From Nitrospirota bacterium (lineage in GTDB: Bacteria; Nitrospirota; UBA9217), in assembly GCA_963796285.1 (NCBI GenBank), contig CAWCKW010000012.1:1376001-1440000 (forward strand): 64,000 nucleotides of DNA, read 5' to 3'. The notes below the pieces were generated by a model that was not told the DNA's origin, made no database searches, and saw nothing but the letters and a program-made list of their open reading frames with translations. Numbering within the stretch: the first letter of the stretch is position 1; each line of letters begins with the position of its first letter. Made by a program: the position numbers and the translations under genes. Shown in pieces: positions 21,408 through 31,824 of the stretch.

Positions 21408-21710
21408 CTATTCGTCCGAGTAGTTCGGGTTCGCCGGTTTACCGTTCTTTGCAAGATAGTCGTTGCTGAAGGCCGGGATCACGCCTGCCGCACCATTCTG
21501 GGGATGGATCATGAACCGGTAGGATACGAGCTGTCCCACGCTCTCCATCATATGGTTCCAGCCCTTTTTGAACAGCATGCATTCGTTATTGTAGCAAACC
21601 CAGAGATAGGGCGAATCCCAGTCCAGGTAGCGTGAGTCCATCTGCTCCATTTCCGCTTTGCAGTGCGGACAGGTCGGGGCCTCAGTAACCTTCCACTCTT
21701 TTGTATCCAT
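21408..21710 (-). CDS. Small zinc-ribbon protein
   Basis: CPHC...CYNNEC; GGAGG SD before ATG. Confidence 0.7.
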   Translation of the reverse strand: MDTKEWKVTEAPTCPHCKAEMEQMDSRYLDWDSPYLWVCYNNECMLFKKGWNHMMESVGQLVSYRFMIHPQNGAAGVIPAFSNDYLAKNGKPANPNYSDE

Positions 21711-21781
21711 CAGAGGAACCTCCTTCAAACATAATTTATACTATACGACCCCGGCCCTCTGATTGCAATAGAGAATCCAGC

Positions 21782-22354
21782 TCAATAATTCTCTTCCCAG
21801 AGCTCAAAAAAGTTCCTGGGGTGCAGACACGTGGGACACTTCTCAGGCGGTTCCATACCTTCGTGATGATAGCCGCAGTTCCTGCAGATCCAGGTCGAGC
21901 TTGTGTCCTTTTTAAAAACCTTCCCCTTGTCTACATTTTCAAGCAGCTTCAGATACCGTTTTTCATGCTCTATTTCAACTTTTGAAATATACCGGAATGC
22001 TGCCGCCACATCGGGAAAGCCTTCCTGCTGGGCAACATCCGCGGCACCGGGATACAACTTCGTCCATTCCTCATGCTCCCCCGCCGCTGCGGCTTTCAGG
22101 TTCTCGGCCGTGGTGCCGATGCGGCCGGCTGGGAACGTCGCCGTGAATTCAGCCATCCCTCCTTCGAGGAACTTGAAGAACCGCTTGGCATGCTCCTTCT
22201 CGTTCTCAGCGGTCTCGAGAAAGATGGCGGCTATCTGCTCATACCCTTCCTTCTTCGCCGCGCTCGCAAAAAAAGTGTAGCGGTTCCTGGCCTGCGATTC
22301 TCCGGCAAAGGCCGCGAGCAGATTTTTTTCTGTTTTTGTCCCTTTGATCTTCAT
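21782..22354 (-). CDS. rbr: Rubrerythrin
   Basis: NLLAAFAGESQARNRY, NEKEHA, E..H di-iron ligands, C-terminal CRNC..CPTC rubredoxin domain. Confidence 0.95.
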   Translation of the reverse strand: MKIKGTKTEKNLLAAFAGESQARNRYTFFASAAKKEGYEQIAAIFLETAENEKEHAKRFFKFLEGGMAEFTATFPAGRIGTTAENLKAAAAGEHEEWTKLYPGAADVAQQEGFPDVAAAFRYISKVEIEHEKRYLKLLENVDKGKVFKKDTSSTWICRNCGYHHEGMEPPEKCPTCLHPRNFFELWEENY

Positions 22355-22490
22355 GACAACCTCCCGGGTAATGGTCTGCATAGAGTAATGATGACGCGGA
22401 TGAAAACAGCAGTTCACGCCGCAAGCCGTATTCCAGAATGAGATATCTGATCTTTCCGGCTATTCCTGTATGTCGCTGTGGCAAGAAGGC

Positions 22491-22964
22491 TTAGACGTTC
22501 TCAAACGTGTAATCGACCTTCATTTTCATGTCTTTTCTGAGCGTGTGATAGACGGAGCAATACTTTTCGTGTGAAAGGGAGATGGCACGTTCCAGCTTCT
22601 TGTCCGTGAGGCCGGTCCCGGTAACGGAAATGATCATCTCCATGGAGGTATAGTACTGGGGCGGCGTGGGGTTCCGCTCGCCCACAATTTCCATCTTGTA
22701 CGACTTGATCTCGACCTTCATCTTCTTAAGGAACGACACCATGTCGATCCCCATGCATCCGGCCACGCTCAGGAGGAGCGTTTCGGTCGGCGAGCAGCCC
22801 CATTGCTGCTGGGCGTCGTACTCCACCTCGTATCCCCGGTTCGTCCTGCCAACAAAGATCAGGTCCTTGTCCCAGGTGAGGGTCGCCTTGTTCACCTGCG
22901 AGACCTTGGTTTTGTACGCGTCGAGCGATTCTTCCAGTTCCTTTATTTCCTTTGATTCGGACAC
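22491..22964 (-). CDS. OsmC family protein
   Basis: SPTETLLLSVAGC and KYCSV cysteine motifs; GTG start after GGAAGGAG. Confidence 0.88.
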   Translation of the reverse strand: MSESKEIKELEESLDAYKTKVSQVNKATLTWDKDLIFVGRTNRGYEVEYDAQQQWGCSPTETLLLSVAGCMGIDMVSFLKKMKVEIKSYKMEIVGERNPTPPQYYTSMEMIISVTGTGLTDKKLERAISLSHEKYCSVYHTLRKDMKMKVDYTFENV

Positions 22965-23451
22965 GTGACAACTCCTTCCTCGTATTTTATAGTCTGTGTG
23001 AACTGTTAAATGACCCTGAACCGAACCTTGCTCTTTCTTTCTCTTAAAAACTCCTGCCTCTTCTTTTCCCGGCTTCCACCTTGAGAACATAGTCTTGATC
23101 GCTCGACTACTCGCAGGACTACGAATAAGAATCATACGTTGCCCTGATTCCCGCGTCCCAGATAGAGTCACATAGATCCAACATGATAGGAATCGTCTAT
23201 ACCCCGTACCATGTCTCGCTGCGGAAGATCTCAACGTACTCGAGATCATCTTCCGTTCTCCGGCTGATCCGGTGAGCCCTGCTTCCAGATATCGCCATAC
23301 TCCCATCCTTCATCATCAACAGGATCATTTTCAGTTTATGCCCATAGTGAATAGTAATTGAGAGACGCTATGCTGTCAAATAAAAAATCCTGACGTTCCT
23401 TCAGGGACGAGAGGGTTGACAGAAGGCCGGACTTTGAGTAGTATCCAGTTC

Positions 23452-23655
23452 ATGATCGAAACCATCAGCTTCCTTCTCGGACTGGGCTTCAGCCTTCTTG
23501 TCTATATCCTTTCCATCAGGCCACTCGACCACCCATGGCCAAAAAAAATGGGCTATTTCTTTTTTACGCTCATCGGGATAACCGGCACTATTTTCCTGGC
23601 CGGGGTCCTGATAGCCCACTTCCTCAGAAAAATGGGGGTCGTTTCATCAAATTAA
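23452..23655 (+). CDS. Small two-TM membrane protein
   Basis: Two hydrophobic segments in a 67-aa ORF. Confidence 0.5.
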   Translation: MIETISFLLGLGFSLLVYILSIRPLDHPWPKKMGYFFFTLIGITGTIFLAGVLIAHFLRKMGVVSSN

Positions 23656-23762
23656 AGAATTCGGGAGAGATACCGATATTGACCGTGGATCTCGGCTGGT
23701 AACATCTCAGGCGACCGGATCTATAACAGGCGTGCTCATCAGTTGAGCACGCCTTTTTCTTT

Positions 23763-24149
23763 TCAGTGCTCTATCTCTGATAGCGCATCGCGCGCGACCT
23801 CCCGAACGCCGGGATGGACGTCATGCAGGCACACCCGCAGTGCATTGATAGCCGCAGGGTCCTTAATAATCCCGAGTACGGAAGCGGCATCTCCCCTCAT
23901 CGTCGGGTTCTCATGCCTCAGAAGCTCGATGATCCCCGGGACCGCTTCCTTGAGCTCCTCACGGTGTTCAGCGACAAGCTCCTCCACCAGCGCAGTAGCA
24001 CCGAGCCTCACCCGAAGGTTGTCATCGCCCAGCATATCGGCAATGAACCGGTACAACGAGCGGTCCTGCTTGAACAGTGCAATGATATTTTCGAGAAAAC
24101 CGTTGCCCATATATTCGATGAGCATTGCCTTCATTTCGTGGTCTAGCAT
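23763..24149 (-). CDS. HEAT repeat protein
   Basis: LGDDNLRVRLGA, LRHENPTMRGDAASVLG, LHDVHPGVREVARDAL repeats. Confidence 0.8.
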   Translation of the reverse strand: MLDHEMKAMLIEYMGNGFLENIIALFKQDRSLYRFIADMLGDDNLRVRLGATALVEELVAEHREELKEAVPGIIELLRHENPTMRGDAASVLGIIKDPAAINALRVCLHDVHPGVREVARDALSEIEH

Positions 24150-24382
24150 TGGTATCGATTGGGTGTGCTTGATAATGCCTCATCAGGCACTCTGAGATAA
24201 ATTGACGTTATCACGACTCCTACTCCGCCTGTCAAATCACGAAAAACCGCCGATCAGGGTCATTTAGATGCGCTTCCCGACCTTTGGTATTTTTTCCCCG
24301 AACGTATTCATACTTGTCAGGTATCCAGAAGTAACCTCTATGAACCCTTCTCATTATAACAATCATGCCCGACCGTCTGCCG

Positions 24383-25477
24383 CTATGATGAATCCTTCAT
24401 CTCATGGCACGAGCATGTCCTGTTCCTTCCGCTTTCTTTTGCGGCATAGAGCGCCTTGTCGGCTTGCACGAGAACATCGGTGCCGGATCTGGCGTCATTG
24501 GGATAGGTGCAGATGCCTCCGCTGATCGTGATCCTGAGCGGGCCCTCGGCGATTCCGTTAAACTCCGTTTCCTCGATCTTCTTCCTGATGCGCTCGGCCA
24601 TTTCATGCTCCGCGCCCTTGCTGTCCGGCATCAGGACCACAAATTCCTCGCCGCCGTAGCGCGCCACCGTGTCCATCCCGCGCGCATTCATCGTGAGGAT
24701 CCCGGCAACAGCCTTCAACAGGACGTTCCCCTTCTCATGGCCGTAGGTGTCATTCACCTGTTTGAAGCGGTCGAGATCGAAAATGATCACGGAAAAATGC
24801 GAGTTGGTCCGGTCGGCCCGGAACTGTTCGTGTTTGAGCCTGTCCATAAAGAAGGCATAATTGTAGAGCCCGGTGAGATTGTCCATGATCGAGGCCATGC
24901 GAAAGTCCTCCATGACCTTCATCGTGAAGCGCTCGCCCTGGGAGTAGATCGTCCCGTACAGCGAAGCCGCAACCAATGAACCTACACCCAGAAGCAGCCG
25001 GTTGACGGGACCAGAGTCGGAGAAACAACCCATGTCCCGATTCACGAGATAAGCGTAGAATGCCGCCATGGGGACCAGGAGCAGGAGGGAGTATTTGAAC
25101 CCGAAACGGATACCTGTTGCAAAAAGGGTCAGATACCAGATAAAGAGGAAAGGACTGGTCACACCTCCGGTGTAGGACATGCCGATGGCGACGGCGATCA
25201 TGTCGAGATAGAGAAAAACCAGTATCAGCTTGATGGAAAAAAAATTCGTATTCCTGAGATACAGATCGATCCCGAGATTATACAGAGCGGCGAGCACAAG
25301 AAGCGAGTTGAACAGCCCGAGAGGCCAGTCCGTGAGACGCAGCACGTTCAGATACGGGAACAGGAATGCGATCACGAACCACCGGGACTTCGTGATCCAG
25401 CGCTCAGTGTTCAGGTAGTTCTGCGCTCTCACATATTTGATCCACGCAGTGTCCTTTTGTTCGGTCGTACTCTCCAT
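24383..25477 (-). CDS. Membrane-bound diguanylate cyclase (GGDEF)
   Basis: N-terminal TM helices; DNLTGLYN, DLDRFKQVNDTYGH, RGMD I-site, RYGGEEF. Confidence 0.93.
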   Translation of the reverse strand: MESTTEQKDTAWIKYVRAQNYLNTERWITKSRWFVIAFLFPYLNVLRLTDWPLGLFNSLLVLAALYNLGIDLYLRNTNFFSIKLILVFLYLDMIAVAIGMSYTGGVTSPFLFIWYLTLFATGIRFGFKYSLLLLVPMAAFYAYLVNRDMGCFSDSGPVNRLLLGVGSLVAASLYGTIYSQGERFTMKVMEDFRMASIMDNLTGLYNYAFFMDRLKHEQFRADRTNSHFSVIIFDLDRFKQVNDTYGHEKGNVLLKAVAGILTMNARGMDTVARYGGEEFVVLMPDSKGAEHEMAERIRKKIEETEFNGIAEGPLRITISGGICTYPNDARSGTDVLVQADKALYAAKESGRNRTCSCHEMKDSS

Positions 25478-25729
25478 ATAGCCTCCCAGTCCTGAAGCGG
25501 AACCGAAAAGCACAGTAACAGCGACCGGCAAATGCGCCAACCCTTCGAAGAAAAACCCCCGTTTTTAGGCTCGCCAACGCGCTTGCGGGCTCATAAAGTA
25601 TCAGCAATCGCCACTCTTATGTTAATCCTTCTCTCTACTAATATGATAGTATTATTTCTGATCAGTAATATGAAAGGAAAACAATATGGGAAAGGGTGGG
25701 GCGCAACCTTTGGCGACATTGGTTCTTAC

Positions 25730-25880
25730 GGTGAGTCGCGGCACAGGCGCGATTGACCATGCCTCGTGTACGGTCTTTGCGCCTGCCTCTCTGACGCGGC
25801 CCATGACCCAGTTGCGCAATCGATCCTGAAAGAACAGCAATCCGACGGCGAGCAGGATCAGGTACGGCACGAGTGCGTCG
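25730..25880 (-). pseudogene. Internal fragment resembling a TauE/SafE sulfite-exporter family gene
   Basis: ALVPYLILLAVGLLFFQDRLRNWV with no start context and no continuation. Confidence 0.45.
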
Positions 25881-25887
25881 CGAGCTG

Positions 25888-26214
25888 TTAAAAGTTCGAA
25901 ACCACATGCCTGTAGTCAATGAACTCCACAGGCGCCAGACACTCCGGATATAGTATCGACGCGAACTTCTTGACCGCCTGAGATTCCGAGTGGATCCGGT
26001 CCGCATCCGCATCACGGAAAACGAAAATATGGACGAATCGCGTGCGGTCCTTCTCCTCCTGCCAGACCTCGTACCGAAGAGTTCCCGGCTCGTTAGCGCG
26101 AACGTATGCGACAAATTCGTGAATCGCTGCAAGACATCGCTCCACGGCCTCGGGGCGAACTTGATACCGCGCAAGTTGCCGAATTTCCCGCTTTGCAACC
26201 TCAGATTTGTCCAT
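25888..26214 (-). CDS. Antibiotic biosynthesis monooxygenase (ABM) family protein, probable gene cassette
   Basis: EPGTLRYEV..FVHIFVF..H motif; begins just after the attC R' box; stop lies within TTTTAAC. Confidence 0.78.
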   Translation of the reverse strand: MDKSEVAKREIRQLARYQVRPEAVERCLAAIHEFVAYVRANEPGTLRYEVWQEEKDRTRFVHIFVFRDADADRIHSESQAVKKFASILYPECLAPVEFIDYRHVVSNF

Positions 26215-26263
26215 CTTCTCCCTCCCTCTTTTCGCGAGCTGCACGCGTTCGGGTCCAAGTTCA

Positions 26264-26321
26264 GCCTAACGATAAACATCAGGGACCGCTGTTTGGCCTT
26301 CGCTGGAGCGCCTGGTTAGAC
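26264..26321 (-). mobile_element. Integron attC site
   Basis: Minus strand GTCTAAC-CAGGCGCTCCAG...CTGATGTTTATC-GTTAGGC; fits RYYYAAC/GTTRRRY, 58 bp, upstream gene stop inside R''. Confidence 0.75.
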
Positions 26322-26672
26322 GGTTCCTTTCCTGATTGTCTGTTGTTGTTGTTTTGTCATGGTATCAGCATGGCCTTGTATTCCGATTGCCTTGATTTGC
26401 CTGATGCAAGCGATGCGATCGGAACGAAGCACAAATCCGACGATCTTGGAAATGAAATTATTGTATTTTCGGCATTGCTGTGGATCAGCCATATCTTTGC
26501 AATCAGCGCAAGAAGAATAACCACGCTCCATGCAACAAGCCCGGACCTTGCACCACGAAGCCTTCTGATTGTCATGACACCCGGAACAACGTCCTTTCAG
26601 GTAAGAACCGCAAGCACCACAGTAAAGGCCACAATATGCCACCATGGCTATGTTCGAAGTAATAGTCTTCAT
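26316..26672 (-). CDS. DUF3795 cysteine-rich protein, probable gene cassette
   Basis: YCGLYCGAC, CSGC, CKVRACC, CADC pattern; TAA overlaps attC. Confidence 0.8.
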   Translation of the reverse strand: MKTITSNIAMVAYCGLYCGACGSYLKGRCSGCHDNQKASWCKVRACCMERGYSSCADCKDMADPQQCRKYNNFISKIVGFVLRSDRIACIRQIKAIGIQGHADTMTKQQQQTIRKGTV

Positions 26673-26962
26673 CGTTTCCGCTATCCTATGCCCGATAGAT
26701 CTTAGGGAAGTTGATTCCTAAGTTGCGTTATGATATCGTCCTTTATTCCAAGCCAGGGCTATCGCTCTCGTTATGCACCGTAGGAAACGTCTTCACACCC
26801 CCTAGGCATGCCATTTAATCTCCGCCGTGGACAGCGCCAATCATCTAAACTTCTCCTCGCTTGTATCGCTTGTCTAGTCTGGTGTTCATTCTCTACGATA
26901 AATAGCGAAAACCTTACTACCAATAGTGCCTAATGAGACATACCGTTTCTCATCAATTTATT

Positions 26963-27367
26963 TCAGGTGACTTCTTGACCCGGTTCGGCCACGACCTGCT
27001 TGCGAATCTCGTCGCGTAGATAATCCAGCAACTCCTGAGGATTCAGACCTCGCCGTTGAGTCTCGATCCTGACCCAATCTAACAGCATCAGTCGCCGGGG
27101 AACCGGCATGCCCGTGGTGTCTAGGGCTAAGGTGGAGCCGCATGGACAGTTAGCCAGCGCCACGGAACCAATTGGCTGCAAGGTGTTCCAATGGCCCAAT
27201 TCTGAATCGTAGGACATGGGCGGGCCAAGACGTTTGGTGATAAGTATATATTCCCGGAGCGTGGTATAACAACGATTACAACTGGGGCAGACCTTGGGGA
27301 AAAGCCCTTCAAAGTGTCCGCGCAAAATATTGATAACTTCAGCTTCAGTCATCGTGGGGGAAGTCAT
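26963..27367 (-). CDS. Hypothetical protein with CxxC and CxC motifs
   Basis: FPKVCPSC...NCPCGSTL; clean 134-aa ORF. Confidence 0.65.
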   Translation of the reverse strand: MTSPTMTEAEVINILRGHFEGLFPKVCPSCNRCYTTLREYILITKRLGPPMSYDSELGHWNTLQPIGSVALANCPCGSTLALDTTGMPVPRRLMLLDWVRIETQRRGLNPQELLDYLRDEIRKQVVAEPGQEVT

Positions 27368-27483
27368 CGCTTCACCAGTGATTATCTAAACAGGATCCCA
27401 TTTATTTATTTTTTTGAATAATTTTGTAAAAATCGATTTATGTCACATCTGCTATCGATAAACGGAAACCGCCGTATCTACCT

Positions 27484-28110
27484 TCATCGTTCAGAGGTCA
27501 AAATGCTCTTCACCCGCTTCAGCCGGTAGAAGGACTCGCGCTCCCGTTCGCCGATATACTGGGTAATTGTCCGGACCTGCTGCTTGAGGCCGGGCAGGAC
27601 CATCTCCTCAAGCACCTTGACCCTTCTGGTCGTGCGCATGATCTCATCGCCCAGCCGCTTGAGTTTGCTCTCGTACTGGGCTATGTGCAGCATTGACTCA
27701 AGCAGCTTTTCAAAGAGCGCGGTCCCCTCTTCAAGGTGGGGGGTTGTAGCGAATTCGTCGTATCCGCGCTTGTCAGGGTCCCTGAGAGGGACATCGTGGA
27801 AAAGAATATCTTTATACCGCAGGCCCCATATGCTTTTTTCTATCACGTCTACACCGAAATCCCGCTCCGTCGCAATAACGATCGACTCAATGTTCTCCCT
27901 GCCCTCATGCCCAAGCGACAGGGCAAGTTCGCGGAGCGCCTTGCCGTAGGACTCTCTGATGTCTTCCCGGGACCGGAGGAACGGCAGCGTCGCTGCAAGG
28001 AACTCCTTGATCAGCGCCTGCTTCCGCGCCTTCAGGATGCCGATACTGTTCACGACGGAACGGGACTTTTCTTTTAACAGCAGCAGATTCGTGCGGGTAG
28101 GATGTATCAT
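27484..28110 (-). CDS. ntpD: A/V-type ATP synthase subunit D
   Basis: PTRTNLL, LKARKQAL, TTRRVKVLE, ERERESFYRLK. Confidence 0.93.
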   Translation of the reverse strand: MIHPTRTNLLLLKEKSRSVVNSIGILKARKQALIKEFLAATLPFLRSREDIRESYGKALRELALSLGHEGRENIESIVIATERDFGVDVIEKSIWGLRYKDILFHDVPLRDPDKRGYDEFATTPHLEEGTALFEKLLESMLHIAQYESKLKRLGDEIMRTTRRVKVLEEMVLPGLKQQVRTITQYIGERERESFYRLKRVKSILTSER

Positions 28111-28200
28111 CTTCTACTCCTGCTCTCAAGTCTCAATCCATGTTTCAAGTCTCATGTGGCCTGAAACTTGAAACTTGGAACTTGAAACCGATCTGTACTT

Positions 28201-29526
28201 CTACACCTCCAGCGAAAACTTCCTCATCAGCGCGAGTCCGGCATCAAGGGTTTCCGCCACCGTTCGCCTTGTTCTGCCCTGACCCACGAACTCTTTTTCA
28301 AACGTGTCGGCGAAGTCCAGCATCAGGATATCCGCTTTGGTCATTCCGTCACGGCCAACAATGGCTTCAAGTCTGCGCAGGTCCCGTCCTTTTGCGTAGT
28401 ATTTATAGAGATGGTTCGAGACTTGCCGATGATCGGCCCGTGTCCGGCCTTCGCCGATGCCTTTCTGCATGAGCCGCGACAGGCTCGGCAGAACATCCAC
28501 GGGCGGGAAGATCCCCTTCTGGTGCAGCTCGCGGGAGAGCACGATCTGGCCTTCGGTGATATACCCCGTCAGGTCCGGGATGGGATGGGTGATGTCGTCC
28601 TCGGGCATGGTCACGACCGGCAGCATGGTCACCGATCCCTCGCGGCCGTAGATCCGTCCCGCGCGCTCGTACAGCGACGCCAGGTCCGAGTACATGTAGC
28701 CGGGATACCCGCGCCTGCCCGGAAGTTCCTCCCGAGCGGTCGAGATCTCACGCAGGGCATCGCAGTAGTTCGTCATGTCGGTGATGATCACGAGGATGTC
28801 CATGCCCTTTTCAAAGGCGAGGTACTCCGCCACGGTCAGCGCGAACCGCGGCGCCAGCAGCCGCTCCATCACCGGCTCGTCAGCCATGTTCACGAAGGCA
28901 ACGAATCCCGTCCGCATCTCCTCAAGCGTCTTCAGGTAGAAGGAATATTCGTGAAAGGTGAGGCCCAGGGCGGCAAAAACCACAATGAACTTTTTTGAAC
29001 TGTCGGCCAGGCGCGCGTTCCTCAGGATGGACGCGACAACCTCTTTGGACGGCAGTCCTGCGCAAGAGAAGACAGGAAGCTTCTGACCGCGCACGAGCGT
29101 ATTCAAACCGTCTATGGTGGAGAAGCCGGTCTCAATGAAATCCTGCGGCCGGGCCCGGGCAGCGGGATTGATCGGCGCACCGGTGATCGGCATGCGTTTC
29201 TCCGGGTTGAACATCGGCGCGCCATCCTTGGGCTCACACGATCCGTTGAAGATCCTTCCCACGATGTCCGGAGAGAGCGGAACTTTCTTGACCGCGTCGA
29301 CAAAAGAAACCGTTGTGTGCGCTATATCCAGGCCCTGCGTAGCGCCGTACACTTCGATCAACGCCGTATCACCGTCGATCTCAAGAACCTCGGCCTCCAG
29401 ATGCCTGTTGTCGGGAGTATGAATAGTGACCATTTCACCGATCCTGGCGCTCTGGACGTTCTGCACGAACAAGAGCGGGCCGGCTATGGTGGAAATGGTG
29501 CGGTATATGTGCTCGGAAAGACGCAT
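28201..29526 (-). CDS. ntpB: A/V-type ATP synthase subunit B
   Basis: GPLLFV, GQKLPVFS, PGRRGYPGYMYSDLASLYERAG, HPIPDLTGYITEGQI. Confidence 0.96.
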   Translation of the reverse strand: MRLSEHIYRTISTIAGPLLFVQNVQSARIGEMVTIHTPDNRHLEAEVLEIDGDTALIEVYGATQGLDIAHTTVSFVDAVKKVPLSPDIVGRIFNGSCEPKDGAPMFNPEKRMPITGAPINPAARARPQDFIETGFSTIDGLNTLVRGQKLPVFSCAGLPSKEVVASILRNARLADSSKKFIVVFAALGLTFHEYSFYLKTLEEMRTGFVAFVNMADEPVMERLLAPRFALTVAEYLAFEKGMDILVIITDMTNYCDALREISTAREELPGRRGYPGYMYSDLASLYERAGRIYGREGSVTMLPVVTMPEDDITHPIPDLTGYITEGQIVLSRELHQKGIFPPVDVLPSLSRLMQKGIGEGRTRADHRQVSNHLYKYYAKGRDLRRLEAIVGRDGMTKADILMLDFADTFEKEFVGQGRTRRTVAETLDAGLALMRKFSLEV

Positions 29527-29664
29527 ATTCGAAGACTCCGTAAAAGGAATGGCCTACCGCGGAGGCGCGGAGAAATACAAATTTAAATAATCACGATTTT
29601 CTCTGCGCCTCTGCGTCTCTGCGGTTACATTTGCTTTGTTGCACGTTCATTATTGGTAACATGA

Positions 29665-31284
29665 TTATTGTGATTTTAATACTTCCTCCAGAGAGCTCCC
29701 CTGTTTCAATTTCTCCACTGCCTGATCATGGAACTCAAGGATGCTCTTCATGAGCGCAAGTGTCTTCTCGGGCAGGGAGAAGGCATCGTCGCTGTAGGCG
29801 TTCTGCTGGAGAAACTCGGTCCGGATCCGTTCGGCCGTACGCATCAGCAGGCGGTCGGTATCCTGCAGCCCCTCCGCGCCCACGATCTCGGCGACCTCGC
29901 GGAGTGATTCCTCATCCTGCAGGATCTGCCTGCTTCGCCGGAGCAGTTCCTCCCACTCCGGTGATATCTTGGTCCGATAGTGCTCCGCCACGTCCCCCGC
30001 GTAGAGGGAATAGCTCTGGAACCAGTTTATCGCGGGATAGTGTCTCCTGTGCGCAAGCGAGGTATCGAGCATGAGAAAGGAACCAGTCGTCCTGAGACAG
30101 GCCTGCGTGACCGGCTCGGTGAAGTCGCCGCCTGGAGGCGATACGGAAAGGATCATGCTGAGCGAGCCTATCTTGCCGGACAGCGTTTCGACCACACCCG
30201 CGCGCTCGAGAAAGCCCGACAAGCGCGACGCAAGGTAGGTCGGATATCCTTCCTCGCCGGGCATCTCCTCGAGCGACGCCGATATCTCCCGCAGGGCCTC
30301 TGCCCAGCGCGACAGGCTGTCGGCGAGGAACAGCACGTGATAGCCCATGTCCCGGTAGTACTCGGCCATGGTAACGGCGGTGTAGATCGAGGCCTCCCTC
30401 GCCGCCACGGGCATGTTCGAGGTATTGACCACCAGGACCGTCCGTTCCCGCAGCGGCCGCTTGGTCCAGGGATCGCGCAGTTCTTCGAATTCGGCGATCA
30501 TGTCCGCCATCTCGTTCCCGCGCTCGCCGCACCCCACGTATACCACGATGTCCACATCGGCAAACTTTGCGATCGACTGCTCGAGGATCGTCTTTCCGGT
30601 GCCGAACCCGCCCGGAAAGATCGCCGTGCCTCCGCGCGCGAGCGGGAAGAGAAAGTCAATGCTTCGTTGACCGGTTATGAGCGGCTCGGCAGGCGCGAAC
30701 TTTTTCCGGTACGGCCTCGCGGTCCGCACCGGCCATTCATGACAGCCGGGGATCTCCTTGCCGTCTTCAAATTCCCCGAGCGGCTCGTTCAAACTTACGT
30801 CGCCTTCAACCACGGAAGAGACCGTTCCTCCCGCCTCCGAGCCGCACAGGATATAGTGCTTGAAAGTCCCCTCATCGACGTATCCCATGACGGTCCCGAG
30901 GGAGGGCACGTCACCTTTCTTTATGAAGGGGGTGAACCTCCAGCGCTTCATGTAATCCAGCGCGTACATTTCCCTGCCGCCGGTGATAAACGGCCCCATT
31001 TCTTCCCTGAGCCGTTCCAGGGGGCGCTGCAGCCCGTCGAACATGCCGCCGAGGAGGCCGGGCCCCAGGCGCACCGTGAGCGGCATGCCCACACCTTTTA
31101 TCGGCTCGCCCACTGCGAGTCCGCGGGTGTCTTCGTAAACCTGGATCACGGCTTTTTCGCGCTCCAGCCGCACCACTTCGCCGGTAAGCATGACATGGCC
31201 CACGTAAACGCGCTCGTAGAGTTTGAGCCCCTTGAGGTCTACGCTCACGGTCGGTCCTGATATTCGCTGGATCTTTCCGTTCAT
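29665..31284 (-). CDS. ntpA: A/V-type ATP synthase subunit A
   Basis: PGGFGTGKT P-loop, GCGERGNE, NTSNMPVAAREAS, PGEEGYP. Confidence 0.96.
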   Translation of the reverse strand: MNGKIQRISGPTVSVDLKGLKLYERVYVGHVMLTGEVVRLEREKAVIQVYEDTRGLAVGEPIKGVGMPLTVRLGPGLLGGMFDGLQRPLERLREEMGPFITGGREMYALDYMKRWRFTPFIKKGDVPSLGTVMGYVDEGTFKHYILCGSEAGGTVSSVVEGDVSLNEPLGEFEDGKEIPGCHEWPVRTARPYRKKFAPAEPLITGQRSIDFLFPLARGGTAIFPGGFGTGKTILEQSIAKFADVDIVVYVGCGERGNEMADMIAEFEELRDPWTKRPLRERTVLVVNTSNMPVAAREASIYTAVTMAEYYRDMGYHVLFLADSLSRWAEALREISASLEEMPGEEGYPTYLASRLSGFLERAGVVETLSGKIGSLSMILSVSPPGGDFTEPVTQACLRTTGSFLMLDTSLAHRRHYPAINWFQSYSLYAGDVAEHYRTKISPEWEELLRRSRQILQDEESLREVAEIVGAEGLQDTDRLLMRTAERIRTEFLQQNAYSDDAFSLPEKTLALMKSILEFHDQAVEKLKQGSSLEEVLKSQ

Positions 31285-31601
31285 ATTTTCAATCTCACAT
31301 GATACCCGATCGCCCGTCTGATCAGCCGCGCGGCATAATCCTCGACCTCCGGCGGCGGTTTTTCTGGTGACGGGAGCACCAGCAAGATACCGTGCCACCC
31401 CTGCTCTAGCTCCCGCAGCCGTTCTTCAGGCATACCTTGCAGCAGGCGTTCATCGATGATGATGAGCCCGGTGTCGGTCTCTGTCATGGTCTTTTTGAGC
31501 GTTTCTTCCGCTTCACCCGCTTTCACGGCATACTGGGGTACACCGCTCAGGCTGAACCCGTACGACGCATCCGGCGGAGTTATGAATGAGATCGTTTTCA
31601 T
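31281..31601 (-). CDS. ntpF: A/V-type ATP synthase subunit F
   Basis: GFSLSGV, GLIIIDE, LIRRAIG; overlaps subunit A start. Confidence 0.88.
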   Translation of the reverse strand: MKTISFITPPDASYGFSLSGVPQYAVKAGEAEETLKKTMTETDTGLIIIDERLLQGMPEERLRELEQGWHGILLVLPSPEKPPPEVEDYAARLIRRAIGYHVRLKI

Positions 31602-31824
31602 AAGAAACACCTGACCTGGACAAACCAAAACCAGGTAAATCATTTTCGCGCAAAGCCGCAAAGCGCGCAAAGGAAAGCTTGTAAGTCTCGAATTAAAACA
31701 CTAATCCCTTTTATTTTTGCCGTTCTTTGCGGCCTTTGCGGCTTTGCGCGAGAAAAGTTTTACGTTTTCTTCTTAATATTCTTTCCCTGTTGCGAAGAAT
31801 TTGATTTATACATAATTGACAGCC

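Noticed and set aside
22965-23306. N-terminal extension of the OsmC ORF
   Set aside because: Strong SD and GTG at 22964; upstream translation has no recognisable domain and may be a decayed gene
23733-23760. CTATAAC...GTTGAGC as a third attC
   Set aside because: Too short and lacks paired L boxes
25480-25620. Possible c-di-GMP riboswitch upstream of the GGDEF gene
   Set aside because: GEMM consensus elements (GGCAAAC, GNRA loop, ACGCAAA) are not present in the right order
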